Source of the DNA: Gracilinanus agilis
Lineage: Eukaryota
Assembly: GCF_016433145.1 (NCBI RefSeq)
Contig: NC_058132.1
Location: 392,475,429 to 392,539,428, forward strand
Length of the DNA stretch: 64,000 bases
Direction of reading: 5' to 3'
A program made the position numbers and the translations under genes. This document shows, one piece after another, positions 23,853 through 36,670 of this stretch. Position 1 is the first letter of the stretch; each line of letters opens with the position of its first letter. The notes beneath the pieces were generated by a model, which was not told where the DNA came from, did not search any database, and saw only the letters and a list, made by a program, of their open reading frames with translations.

Positions 23853-24859
23853 TATTGACTCATATCAATTATTTATACCTATGAAAATAACATTTTTGTG
23901 GATATTTCCTGGCAAAACTGTGAAGTAAGCATAGGTGATTATAATTGTAGGATCAAGTCAGTTTTTCTTTCAGACATTAATGGAGACAAATTTTTCTAGA
24001 AATCTTGGGGAACTCTGAGTGATGATTGTGTTGTTACAAGAAGTGTAAGTAGTTGGCTATGAAATGGCAACTCTACTCTCAGTATGAACAATAATATCTT
24101 CATATTTCTTTCAGTCTGGCAAAAATGGCAATAATATTTAAGGTGTGTGATTTGTTTCAATCACCTCACCAAATTGGAGTGGAAAATTGAGCAAGCAAAT
24201 CAGAGCAAATATTTGCAGTGACTGAAGAAAAACAGTTTTTTTTACTATGTGAACATCTATGAAGGGGATATGATAAGACTAAAAGTAAGCAAGATCAAGT
24301 AGCCTCTCCAAGTAATGCCAACCTCATGCTTAGGAGGTAGCTGTTTTTGCTGTAGGGATACATCCTGCACTCAAACACATCCAAATGGCATTCTATATCA
24401 GCCAAGAGTAGTATAGCTACTGCTCTTGCTACAAAGCAAAAAAGTAGGCCTGGTGGCGTCATCTCTTTGAAAAAGTTTGAAGACTTAGAACTTATCTCAT
24501 CACATATGCTAGTTAAGTAGAGGTTGCTCTTTTTCTTCCCATCCCACAGAAATTTCAGAGATAATGCATACTCTGCTGCATCCTTTCATTAATAAGAGAA
24601 ATTCTGCTGACTTTTTTGTTCTCCATTTAGAGACATTTGCAGGTATATCATTGTAAATCATATTATGCTGCATGGTTTCAGATTACTAAGTAGGTTTATT
24701 ATATGATTTGGCCAAACTAGAATATGGAATAAAAGTATGATCAATAGAAACTATGCCAATGTATTTGATAAATAGCACAGCACATCCTAGAAAGCTCTCT
24801 GATATAGTTCAAAGACGTTACATTTAAAAGCCATGGAGTAATCTGTTTTGTACCATCAG

Positions 24860-24960
24860 AGACTTACAGAATATTAGAGCTTTAAAGAACCTTAGAGAGT
24901 TTCTAGTCAAAGTCCCTCATTCAGCAGATGAGAAAACTGAAGGCCAAGCATGGTTATAAC
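24860..24960 (-). mobile_element. MIR3 fragment
   Basis: ttagagctttaaagaaccttagagag...cagatgagaaaactgaagg. Confidence 0.6.
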
Positions 24961-26339
24961 TTCTTCCAGTGTTTTTTATATTAGAGGATAATTAGAGAAA
25001 TCCATTTTGGATATACATTTTATGTACTGTCAATTTTTATGTAGAGGTCCCCATTGATATCAGTGGAAGGCTCAAATGGATCAATGTGACCATTAGTCAT
25101 CTCTCTTTCTCTCTCTCTCTCTCTAAGGATGATGGCAGAAAATACAGTTAGAGGCAAATGTGTTTCAAGTGTGACAAGAAGATACATTTTTCCCATAAGA
25201 ATGGAATTATGTATAACTGGAAGTTGTCATCTTTTATATTCTAGGTGCATGTTCTGCTTTTTCTCTAATTGTCACATTTAATTCCTCAGGCAATTTGAAA
25301 CTTTGTATTTTCCTAGCCTCCCACCTCCTTAGTTTCTTCAGTTCATACCAGGTGTGAAAATATACCAATCCATGAAGAACATATGCAGTAGGAGATCAAG
25401 ATCATTTGGGCCATGGTGTATTCATAACTGGTGACTTACAAATCCCATTCCAATTATAGACAACCATTAAAAAACTCCAGTGGCTTAATTAAGCAAAATA
25501 CCCCACAGATATTTACTTTCTCTGAACATTTTGCTTCAGGGGTTGAAGAAGAAGACAAAGGAAAGGGGTCAGAAAAGTTTTAGGGAAATTGTACCATTAG
25601 CACCTTTTGGCTAAACTTCCTACATCTGGATATATTTGTTTCTATTGCTACAGAAAAGAAAAAGGAAAGTTAAAAACAAATTAAATTGTTGTCACGTGTA
25701 TAGGCTTAACTTACAGTATGAATTTTATATTTAGTATCTATAAATGTAGATGAAATTTGAGTCATTGTGAAGAAAATTTTTTCTTCTCAAAGCATTTCTG
25801 TTGGTATTCCAAGAAAAAATTGTAAATATATTGGAGAGTTTTAAAATAACTTATTTTAAATTACTTTGGAAATTGAGCCAGAAAAGACAACATATCTTGT
25901 TTATTGATTACTGACTAGCTACAAGGTATTGGGATGGGTAAGAGGAACTCAATTCAAGTTTTGTCATAAACAGATTCCCATTTCTTCATCTCTAAAGATG
26001 AATGGCTGGAATAGATGACCACTAGGTTTCCTTTCATCTCTAAAAGTCCAGGAACCTATTATTATCCCAAAAAGTCAAAACCAAAACCAAAACAAATAAA
26101 CAAACAAAAATGTTTTCCCTGAAGGAGTTCCCTTCCAACTCTAAAATTTTTCAATCACATAAACAATATAAGCAAAAACTAGGAAATCAAACAATTTTAA
26201 TAATAAGCAATGTGTGTGAATTGGTATGAGATTAATGCATATAATTTTAGGAAATCTAAGGCTGTGGATCATACTAAATGTATCATCCTTGCTGTTTTTA
26301 CTGGATCACTTATTATATTACTTGGTATGTTCTCTCTGA

Positions 26340-26900
26340 AGATGCAGATTGAAAACCATTTGTGTGCCCTCTTGTGTAACTCCTGTTGATAGACTTTTAT
26401 TGTTGGTAAAGATGGGTCCCCCCAGCATGATAATTTTTTTCTTCCAATGGTCTTGATATTTCAGGCTTTCTGGTGAACTATTTGGGTTGTATATTAGTTT
26501 TCCCCAGTTTTAAACTTAACTAACTGCCATTCTTTTCTATACATTTAATTCCCTGAGCATATCCTTTATGTTGTTTCTCTTATACAATATTTTCTTGGAA
26601 ATGTGTCCTACTCTGCTTATCCACCTCTCCTCCACTTTTTGAGTAACCTCTAACTTTGTTTCTAGTCTGGAGTTTTTCATGTCCATGACTCAGTTATATA
26701 TCATCACCTAAATAATTTTGATAAACTTTTATTTTCTAGAGAATCTTGGAGCCATTAAAAATACTGCCCAGTTTCCCAAAAGGAATATAAAGCCTTCATT
26801 TCTTCCTTCTATTAAATTCTGGGTCCAACTCATTGTCCATTTATAGTGCTCTTCTGATTCCTTTTCTTCTCCAATACTTGAAGGAAAAACGTTCAGAGAA
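26340..26900 (-). mobile_element. RTE-clade LINE 3' fragment, similar type to 340-1870
   Basis: Minus strand reads aatgagttggacccagaatttaatagaagg (NELDPEFNRR) and tttgggaaactg (FGKL), both post-RT RTE motifs. Confidence 0.7.
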
Positions 26901-27044
26901 AGTCATTATCTGCTGGATATTTTGCTTAATTAACCCCCTGGAATATTTGTTAATGGTTGCTAATAATAGGAATAAGATTTGCAAGCCATTAGTTATGAAT
27001 GTACCATAGTCCATATGCTTTTGATGATTAATTTTTACACCTAA

Positions 27045-27300
27045 TGGCAGTTAAGTGACAATAGAATACTACTAGGCTTGGAGTCAGGAAGACCTGAGTT
27101 CGAATTTAGCCTCAGACACATTAATTAATAGTTATGACATCATGGGCTGCTTACTTAACCACTTTTTGCCTCAGTTTCCTCAAATCAAAAATGGAAATAA
27201 CAAGAACTATCTTTCAGGGTTGTGAAAATCAAACAAGTTAATAATTGTAAAGCATTTATCACGGGGCCTGGTTCACAGCACATGATTTAAAAATGCTAAG
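27045..27300 (+). mobile_element. MIR SINE, near full length
   Basis: ttggagtcaggaagacctgagttcgaat...gcctcagtttcctc. Confidence 0.85.
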
Positions 27301-28037
27301 TATGTTAACCAATTTGCCATCTACTAGAATTTTATTTTTTCTTTTCATCAAAAAAATTATATTCTTTCATTTTTACTTTCTGTGAAGGGAGTTAGTCCTA
27401 TCCCTTTATGTAGATTATGATTCTGACCTCATTTAGGAGGTTTCTAAAATATTCCTGGGCTTGATAAAAATCATCACAAACATCAATAAATGAGAGTATC
27501 ACACCTGAAGCAATTATCTTCTCAACTTGGAATCTGTGCTATATATCTTCCATTGGTTAGCCCATGTCACTCTGCTTTATTCCTCTCTGGATATTAATAA
27601 TCAAAAGTTCAAAATTGTCTCCTTGCAACATATTTCATGGAATCTTGTATAATGTTAACATTATTATAATATTATTGAAGAAGATTGAAGGGTGGCATCT
27701 TGTTATACTGAATCAAGTGCTATTTTGCAGGCAATAAACAGTTAAGTATGATGGCATCTTCTATCTTTTTAGTCATTTTAATTGTAAAATTATAGTCCAC
27801 TAAGGAATATTACTTATGAAAATTCATTTTCCTCCCCAATCTATACATAACCCAGCAGCCCACTAGGAGTGCTTCTTCCCTCCTCTGTCTGAGGTGGGTG
27901 GGGGTACCAGGGGGTGAGGTGGTGGGTGGTTGGGCATGTCACTTGGTCTCTGGGGTTGGAGTGGGGTGGGGCTCAGTTCTCCATCTCTAGAAGGTTCCCC
28001 ATTACTAGACTAAAGAAAAAAGTAAATGCTTATTTCC

Positions 28038-28105
28038 TCTCTTCCTTCCTCCCTTCCTCCCACTCTTCCTTCTTTCCTTCCTTCCTTCCTTCCTTCCTTC
28101 CTCCC
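28038..28105. repeat. (TTCC)n polypyrimidine tract
   Basis: Directly visible. Confidence 0.85.
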
Positions 28106-28179
28106 TCATCCTACAGACATGAAAAAGGCAGATTTATGAAGCAATAAATTCATTTTTCCTGTCATGAAAATTCTACTGA

Positions 28180-29250
28180 TTGATGTCCAAAGTGGAATGG
28201 ATGCTTTGGAAGACATAGGCTGGGTGACTGTTCATAGTAAGTATTCTTTCTCAGGTATGAGTTGGCTAGCTGGCTGCTGACTCTTGTTGAATTGACTCAG
28301 ATTAGCTGTGGTTGGTAATGGAGTCCAGCTAGAGGATGAATCTGGCTGTCCTAAAAAGGGAGAGGGGTAGGAGTGAGTAGAATTCTTCCTCCTCCCCCCT
28401 CCCCCCACCCGGAGCAGTTGATCCAGAAGGCAAAAACTGGTTAACTGAATCCCTTTTTTGTTCACGCTATGGAGGCTGTACAAGCTAGGTAAATTCAGGG
28501 TCAAGTTGGTAAAATGACAGGGTATAATCCTACTGAGGTTAACAGCTCTCACTGTTTAAAATATTCCCTAAACCCTAAGATAAACTAGGTTCCAGGTTGT
28601 CTTCAAATACAGATGACTTGTTCTCAGGGAAGAAACTGCACCAGAGCTTATATGAATGGATCTTTCTTTGGTAAAGTATATGGATGGTGAGTAAATTCTA
28701 GTATAACTTCACACAGGCCCGGTAGCTTAACAAGCAAAGGGGTTTATTGTTTTCAGGAATACAGGGTGAGGGGAAATGGTTTTAGGAATGAAAGGGAGGT
28801 AAGCTATCAAAAATCTTCAATGAACTTGTCTGCACATTCCCCAAAGGGGAATGTGTTTTGAAGAACTTAACTTCTTTCCCTTTCACTAAGTAATCTTTCT
28901 CCTAATCTAATGTAACTAGGTTTAAGATGGAAATGTAATCTTGTTTAAAGATCTGTAAAAAGTTTAGTTAAAATGCTGTAATTGAGATATTCTTCCAGTA
29001 GCAAACAAGTAAAGTAACACTCAGCCCTTGAGGTCAGAGATGAGCTTACTAAAGAATAATCTAACTCTTCCTCCCAACCCCTGAACCCACAAGGAGTGTG
29101 ATCAAAGTGACCTTGCAAGAAAAGTGACCTGGCCTTTTATACTCAGGTTTCTAACTGCCCCAACTGCCCCCTCTCCTCGAGTTCTGGGGGGCTCTATTCT
29201 GTGAGACAGCCTTATCCCCACTTAAGATCATGAATGTTACACTCTTCCTA
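28180..29250 (-). mobile_element. Long solo LTR-like element
   Basis: Minus-strand GTATAAAAGG TATA box at 29133-29142 and AATAAA at 28743-28748; LTR-like composition; ends and TSD unresolved. Confidence 0.6.
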
Positions 29251-29489
29251 CACCAAAATTGTGTAATCCTCATATATTTTAAAAATAATAAGATATCGAA
29301 TGTATTTATAATGGATTAATCATTGTTCCCTTTAATACATCTCATAAGTTACAAATTGACTACAGCATTAGTAATTTTGCTCATCACCTTGTATTAATAT
29401 ATATTTATGTATATTTCAAAGTACATTCACATAATCATCAATGTGATATACACAAAAGTTTTAATTTTAATAATGCAGATTTAATTAAT

Positions 29490-29855
29490 TAGTTAATTAA
29501 TTAGTTTGGAACATTAAAATACCCAGTTAACTCTCTCCCCTCTTCCCACTAAAGAAGCCTCTAATTTGACAAAAAGATATATGCATATATGAAATCATGT
29601 CTCACTTATTTCTATTTATTAGTTCTTCATTTGGAGGTGGACATGTATAAACCATCCTCCAAACAATATTTCTAATGTTGTATATAATGTTCTTTTAGTT
29701 CTACTCATTTCACTCTTCAAAATTTCATGTGGGTCTTTCTATGTTAAAAAAGAAAAATAACCTCTCATGGCACAGTAATATATTCCATCATAAACATATG
29801 CCACAACTTGTTTAGCTATTCCTCAATCAATGGACATTTCTTCAATTTCCAGACT
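29490..29855 (-). mobile_element. L1 3' end
   Basis: cagtaatatattccatcataaacatatgccacaacttgtttagctattcc. Confidence 0.8.
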
Positions 29856-31313
29856 AAGATTTCTATATATGTATGTATATAGTATACTTTTATAACTATA
29901 TATATATAATATCTATCATTTATTCATGTTAATTGTAAAATGTTTTACCTCATGACAGCATTGTTCTATGTAAAACTTATTAAAATAGCATATGATATAC
30001 TGCATTATAAATAGCATGCTATATATACATATAAAATATAGCAATCTTAGGCTATAAAAATGCATTTGATCACACACAAAGTCTTTTTATCTATTCTATA
30101 TCAAACTAGGAACATATTTCTTTATATAAGTCATAAATCTTAAACAAAAATAAAGTCACTTGGAAAATAATGTTCAATTGAGAAAATGTGGTGATATTAC
30201 CCCATCACTGAAATAATCTTGAAAATAGCCCTGTCTGTATTTATTTTTGAAATTAGAAATCAGATATCATAAGTAGAATTAAAGTTTTTTGTGACTGAAA
30301 GATAACCATGGCATTGGATTCTGAGATCCTGGCTCTCTTCTACTATTTGATGCAGTTTCTTTAAGAAACAATAGGTCTTTTTGTACAGAATTTGAAAGTC
30401 TCCAAAAGGAGTCACAAAAATACTCTTTTTACCCGGAAAAGCTTTGATTTGAAAGTTGTTTGCTTGCACAATGTATTCCTATTTCTATTCCTAATTGAGA
30501 ACTATCAATTTGTCATGCTAAAATGACTGCTAGTCCTAATTACTCTGTAGTAGTTTGGTTGGTTTGATTATTATATTCCAAGAATTAGATAAATTATTTC
30601 TACTTGAAATGATGTTTGGGTGAGCTTTCCCCTAAATTTAAACATAAAATTGATATCTTTAGTTTTTATGTCACCTACCACCCCTCTTTCCCAGATGACA
30701 CTCTTCTGATGAAAATTCTGAATGCTGTTTAAGACAAAACCTTGACAGAAACAATTTTTATTAATTTAGAGGAATATAATTTTAATCATTTCTACTTAGA
30801 GATGAAGGCCCCCAAATGGAATCAAGTCACTAAAATTATTAAGTTTTCCCTCTGACAAGCCATTTCTTGATTACAATGTATATGCTCCTAAAAAAGGGAA
30901 AAACTCACAATTTAATAAAATATAGTTACTCAATTAAGAGTTAAGGTAAAAGTTTAGGTAACAATTTGCTTCATCGAAGAGCACAATATGTCATTTAACA
31001 TTTAACTTGATACATACCCTAGGAGAATAGTTTTTACTTTTAAAGCTATTCATTTATGAATTCTCCTTTCTACATGGTCAAAAGGTGCATTCCTATTTTC
31101 CAAGAGGCTTATTCCTTCTAATTATTAACCTAATCTAGTGAATTGAAAGAGTTTTGCCCTTGTCTGGACAACACTCTAATGACTTTAGGGAGGTGTATTC
31201 TCTGAATTGGAGAGAGTAGGAAAAGGCATTTGCTTCTATGTTGTTGTTTAAAAAATGAATGATGTAGTCTCTTACTCAGATCAATCCAAAAACAAAACTA
31301 ACCAGTACAGCCA

Positions 31314-31511
31314 NNNNNNNNNNNNNNNNNNNNNNNNNNNNNNNNNNNNNNNNNNNNNNNNNNNNNNNNNNNNNNNNNNNNNNNNNNNNNNNNNNNNNNN
31401 NNNNNNNNNNNNNNNNNNNNNNNNNNNNNNNNNNNNNNNNNNNNNNNNNNNNNNNNNNNNNNNNNNNNNNNNNNNNNNNNNNNNNNNNNNNNNNNNNNNN
31501 NNNNNNNNNNN
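31314..31511. other. Assembly gap (N run)
   Basis: 198 N. Confidence 1.
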
Positions 31512-31799
31512 AAATATTCCATAGAGGTAGACCTCCAATTTGCCAAAGACACAGGGAGATACGAAGCTTTGTTTTCTGCCCCATTCAATATATTCTTATT
31601 TGATTAAGAAAAACCTTTCAATTTCATATAATAAACTTTATCTAGTTTATCTTCTATCACTACTTCTATCTATTGACTAGTTAAGAATTCAATGCCCAAC
31701 TGTTAATAATAGCATAAAATATATTTTATGAATTTCTTTTTATTATTTTTATAGTAAAATTTTTATTATCGAGGTCACAAATAAATTTTGACTTTATTA

Positions 31800-32720
31800 A
31801 GGTATATAGAACAAATATTGGCCTAAACCTAAATTCTACTAGCCTGCTTTCCTCTTGGCTAATAATTCTTGAAAAATGTTTTTTTCTACCCATTTTATGT
31901 TTTGGCTTATATTGAACACTGACTGAGTTTTTAATTCACTTATTCATAATTCTCTCTTATCTAATTTATTCCATTGATTTGATTTTTTTAACCACAATCA
32001 AAAAGTTTTAATGATTACTGAATTAAAATGTAGTTTGAAGTGTCAATTATTTTACATTCCTACATTTTCCCCATGTTTCCTGGTTATTATAAATCTTTCA
32101 CTTCTCTAACTGAATTACAATATTATTTTGTTTTATTTAAGAAGGATCCCTCTGATCCTAAATCAGTACATTTACACTAAATCAGTAAATTAATATGAGG
32201 AGCTATATCAGGTTGAATTTATATTGTCACAGCTCTGCCATCATTATTGCATATACTTCTAGTTACTTAAGTTATTTATTTCTTTAATAAATATTTTGAA
32301 ATATGATCAATGTAAGTATTATTAATCATACTTTGGTAAAATAACTTCAAATATTTTATGAATTTTTTAACATTAACATTTAACAATGAGATTTCTCTTT
32401 TTATTATTGCTTCTTACATTTATTGTTACTATATAAAAATGCTCTTAATTTTAGTGGGATTGTGTTGTAGTTTGTAACTTTACACAAATATTGTCTCAAT
32501 TGTTTTCTTTGTTGATTATCTTGGGATTTTCCAAGTAAAATATGTCATTAATGAATATGAATAGCTTTGTCTCCAATTTGTTTTTGATTTGTACATATCT
32601 TTGATCAGTTTTATGTCCAAGATCTCTAGGATTATATCAAATCATAGTGGGGAAATAAGTCATGATTTGCTTTTATCTGGAAAACATCCAGTATTTATTC
32701 TATAAAATGAGTTTCTTGCC
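31800..32720 (-). mobile_element. Very old L1 ORF2 remnant
   Basis: gttgattatcttgggattttccaagta...tctaggattatatcaaatcatagtgg pattern of an antisense L1 RT region. Confidence 0.6.
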
Positions 32721-33227
32721 CTATCTAATTATATTGTAGTATGGAGCAAGTTTACTGATTTGTGTAATTATTCTTTGCAAGTATTAAGCATGATGCAAAT
32801 GCAACATATATTATTTCTTGGGGAAAACATGATTAGACATTAACATATTTACTACTGACTCTTAAGTAAAGAACTTTTAGATAACAATCTTATTCTTGTA
32901 ATCTAGTTTATATGGATTGCATATGAATTCAGATCAAGTTTTAAATCCAAAGATAAAAGCAAGGTTAATATTTTAGGCTAAATTTAATTTTAGAATTGTT
33001 TTCATATGCTCATAGAGTTAGAAGGGATTTCTCAAATCACCTAATTCCATACCCTTATTTGGGCTCTTTGAGAGTAGGAATTGCCTTGTTTTTAAATTTG
33101 AAGTAAGAGATTAGCATAGTGCTTTGCACATGGTAAGAGTTTTTTTCCTTTCCTTCCTTCCTTCCTTTCTTCCTTTTTTTATTCAAAATTTTGAGATTAA
33201 ACAATTTTGAACCACAAGATTAAATAA

Positions 33228-33416
33228 GGGAGCTTTGTGGTATAGTGCAAGGAAAGACTATTGGATTTGATCAGAGGATCTGGGTTCAAAATCAGGTTCT
33301 GCCATTTATTAACTGTATGATCTCGAGCAAGTCTATTAATCTTTCTTAGTCTCAGCTTCCTCTTCTGTATACTTCAGGTATCAGATTAATGAACTCTTCT
33401 GGCTTGAAATCTATGA
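33228..33416 (+). mobile_element. MIR3-like SINE
   Basis: cagaggatctgggttcaaaatc...ctgtatgatctcgagcaagtc. Confidence 0.7.
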
Positions 33417-34366
33417 CACTTGAAGTCTATTCAACTGTGGCCAATTTGAAAGTCAGGAAGAAAATTCTAAATAAAAAAAATGACTGCTTATTAGGATTAG
33501 GCATTTGCTATTCTAACCAATCATAATAATAACTTATTATTATTATTATTTTATATTAGTGTGTGTTCTCTAGACTATATCTACTAGACTACATTATAGT
33601 CCCAGAGCAGGTATTCTTTGTTAGATCCAGCAATAATTTCTATCAGCACATTATGGAATGTTTGCCTGCATCTTGCCTCATCTATACTCTGTCATTTGCA
33701 GCTTTGATGCTCAGAAATATTCTCTGAACTCTTCAGAAACCGAAGGTTTATCTCAGCATTTTTTCCTCCTGATAGCTCAGTAACTAAATAGGAGCTGGGT
33801 CAGAAAAGAAGGGATCCTTCGTACATCTGTTCCTGTTTATAGTTTCCAGTTGGTGGCATGTTAAATGTTTTTAGGCTATAAACATAGCTTAAGACTAATT
33901 AGCACTCAATTGAACTACTTACTGCTGTTGAGATGCTATCATATAGGCAAATAAAAGTATAACTGACTAGGTCTGCCAGCAAGAGAACTTCAGATGCTAC
34001 AAATGGATGAAAATAGGTGCAATTTCCAAAATATCTTTCAAAGTCCTCCTTTTTCAGAATAGATTCTCTGATTCAATACGTATTCCACCCACTTAAGGGG
34101 TGGGCTAATTTAGTGATTCTCTTATAAAATTATAGCAAAAAATGAATTGCCATAGTAGCATGCATGATGGTATTTTAAACTCAATATGCTTTCTGTATTT
34201 TCCCTGGCTCTATACATTCACAAAATTACTATAATTAATCTACATCCCAATATGTTCTGAACTAACAAGCTTTCTACTTTATTGACTTGTAGACTCCCAC
34301 TTTCATAACATTCTCAGTGTCCTTGAAAAGGGGAAGGACCAAGGAAATGGATAGATGAAAAGTAGA

Positions 34367-34618
34367 TGGCAAGTAGGTGGCATGGTGGATAGAGTGTCAA
34401 GCATGGAGTCAGAAAGAGGCGAGTTCAAAACCACTTTCAGATATTAATAGCTGTGTGACTCTAGGCAAGTCACTTGACTCTGTTTCTGTTACTCATCTAT
34501 AATATGAGGTAGAGGAGGAAATAGCAAACCACTCCAGTATCTTTGCCAAGAAAATCTCAATGGTTTGACTCAAATGGGTTAAGAAGAGTTCAGATGTGAC
34601 TGAAACAATTGACCAACA
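34367..34618 (+). mobile_element. Mar1 CORE-SINE with RTE-derived tail
   Basis: ggaaatagcaaaccactccagtatctttgccaagaaaa...gactgaaacaattgaccaaca. Confidence 0.85.
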
Positions 34619-35099
34619 TGGACTTGAAAAATCCATTGCTCTTTTGTATTGCCTAAAAGTGAGCCAGGTATGAACATTTGGAAAATGAGGAAAGATGATA
34701 TAGATTTTGTTAAGACTCTTTTGTGTCAACCACATTGGTTATGTATTGGCTTAATTAGACAGAACTTTCTAGATTCTTAAATTTTCCACAGAAAAGTATC
34801 TTTTCTTGTGATATTTAAAAGGGCATTTTGATTGTTAGTAAAATGAGCAAAAACTAGCTATAGAATTGAGTAGATTTTCTAGGGGAATCTAGTACAACTC
34901 TCAATGGGGAATATGAAACAGAACTAGAATCATAGTATTTGAGCTGGAGTTGCTTAAAAGCACATCTTTGAATCCAGGGGTTTTTAAACTTGGGCTTATG
35001 AACTTATTTTTAAAAATATTTTGATGATCATAATTCAATATAGCATTTTACTTTTGTAATACAATCTTCTTTATTATATATATTTAAATATATTATTCT

Positions 35100-35371
35100 T
35101 CCTGGAAGCAGTGGCACACACCCTGTAATCCTTAGTACTGAGAAGGATTAGCTGGTAGATTACTTGAAATTAGTAGTTCTGAGCTGCAGTGGTGCTAAAG
35201 GTGGTTAGTGTGCATAAAAGTCTGGCACCAAAATTGGGTGCCAATATGATAAGGGGGTCACCAGACTGCCTAAACAAGCAAGGTAAAGGTTCTGCTTGGA
35301 TCACAAGTTGAATCAACTACTGCTTCCACTCTGAGAAAGAAAGAAATCTCAGTCTTAAAACAAATAAACAG
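35100..35371 (+). pseudogene. Degenerate, internally deleted 7SL retrocopy, P7SL_MD-like
   Basis: gcagtggcacacaccctgtaatcc...tagttctgagctgcagt...gggggtcaccagactgcctaa match 7SL; A-rich tail; TSD atattattct at 35090-35099 and 35372-35381. Confidence 0.8.
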
Positions 35372-35383
35372 ATATTATTCTGA

Positions 35384-35610
35384 TGTTATTGTTCAGTCAT
35401 TTGAATCATTTCTTCCTTTCTATGACTCAATTTAAAGTTTTCTTGGTAGAGATACTAAAAAGGTTTGCCATGTCCTTCTTCTCCATTTTATGGATGAGGA
35501 AATTGTGGCAAACAAAGTTAAGTGACTTGCCCAGGGTCACACAGCTAGTAAGTGTCTGAGGCCAGATCTGAATACGGAAAGATGACTAGTACTTTTTCCA
35601 CTTCACCGTC
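35384..35610 (-). mobile_element. Mar1 CORE-SINE
   Basis: tgttattgttcagtcattt tail; aagtgacttgcccagggtcacacagctagtaagtgtctgaggcc. Confidence 0.8.
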
Positions 35611-36449
35611 TATTTTGATTAGAGGCCCATAAACTCCACCAGATTATCAAAGGGGTCTAAGACACATAGAGAAGTTTCTGTTTTAGTTGCACTAGTTCAG
35701 TTCTCCTCAATTCCCACTAAGGAAGCTGAGGTTTAAGTAAGGTAAATTATCTGTTCATGTTTGCACAGCTACATATTGGCAGAGATAGCACTAGAAGTTA
35801 AATGTGAATGCCTTGGACTTCTATAATAACATATTATCTCCTGAATTGACTGAAAACTTATAAATGAACTAAGTATCCTTTTAAATAAATATTAATATAA
35901 TAATAATTATGAGATTCTTTAACATATACAACATAGTATTCAATATAATTGTATATAACATAATTGTACAATATCATATTATACATGTTTCTGTTTTGTC
36001 TGTCTTATAATCATTTAAGAATTATTTTTATTTAATAAGAATTTGATAATAATTATAACCCTAACCCAAAACTTATTATGATATCTCCTTGATCATTAGT
36101 AAAATGTATTAAAATCAGATGTAAAATGCTTTGATTAGGACAGAGATTGAAAAAAAGGAAATAAAAATTATATACCATCCTACTAGAAGAAATCTTTGAC
36201 TGAAATCTTCATTGAACAGAATTCTTTATATTTATGATTCCTTGTTCAAAGTGCTATTATTTATAGATCATATCAGGATGATCAAAATAATTTTATAATA
36301 TCTAATTATTTCAGCATATTTTAATTTTAAAATGAGTTACAATATTAACCTCAATTCCATTCTGCCATGGTCCACATTAATAATTCTTGCTTAGAAACTG
36401 ATAGGAAATAGGAAAAGTGAACAAAATATTCAAATACCTTCCATAAGAA

Positions 36450-36670
36450 AATTACTTTAAGGCATGTAAATGATGTGATATATAATATCTCACTGGTATT
36501 CACAACTCTATGAGGGGGTATGCTGTGATTTTCCTTATTTTACATTTAGGGAAAATATGCTTAGGGATAGTAAATGACTTGTTAAGGATCACAGAATTAA
36601 TATGTGAGGTAGTAATCAAGCCAAAGTATTTCATTCCCTAAGCTCAGCACTCTACCTACTGTACTGTGTT
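36450..36670 (-). mobile_element. MIR SINE
   Basis: cacaactctatgagg...aaatgacttgttaaggatcacag. Confidence 0.65.

Larger units (their letters stand above)
34975..35675. mobile_element. hAT-Charlie-type MITE split by a 7SL copy and a Mar1
   Basis: Left arm caggggtttttaaacttggg to 35099; right arm ccataaactccaccagattatcaaaggggtctaagacaca from ~35620. Confidence 0.7.

Noticed and set aside
24019-24130. GTGATGA box C motif
   Set aside because: No matching CTGA box D or terminal stem at snoRNA distance
31255-31588. ORFs spanning the N run
   Set aside because: Artefacts of the assembly gap
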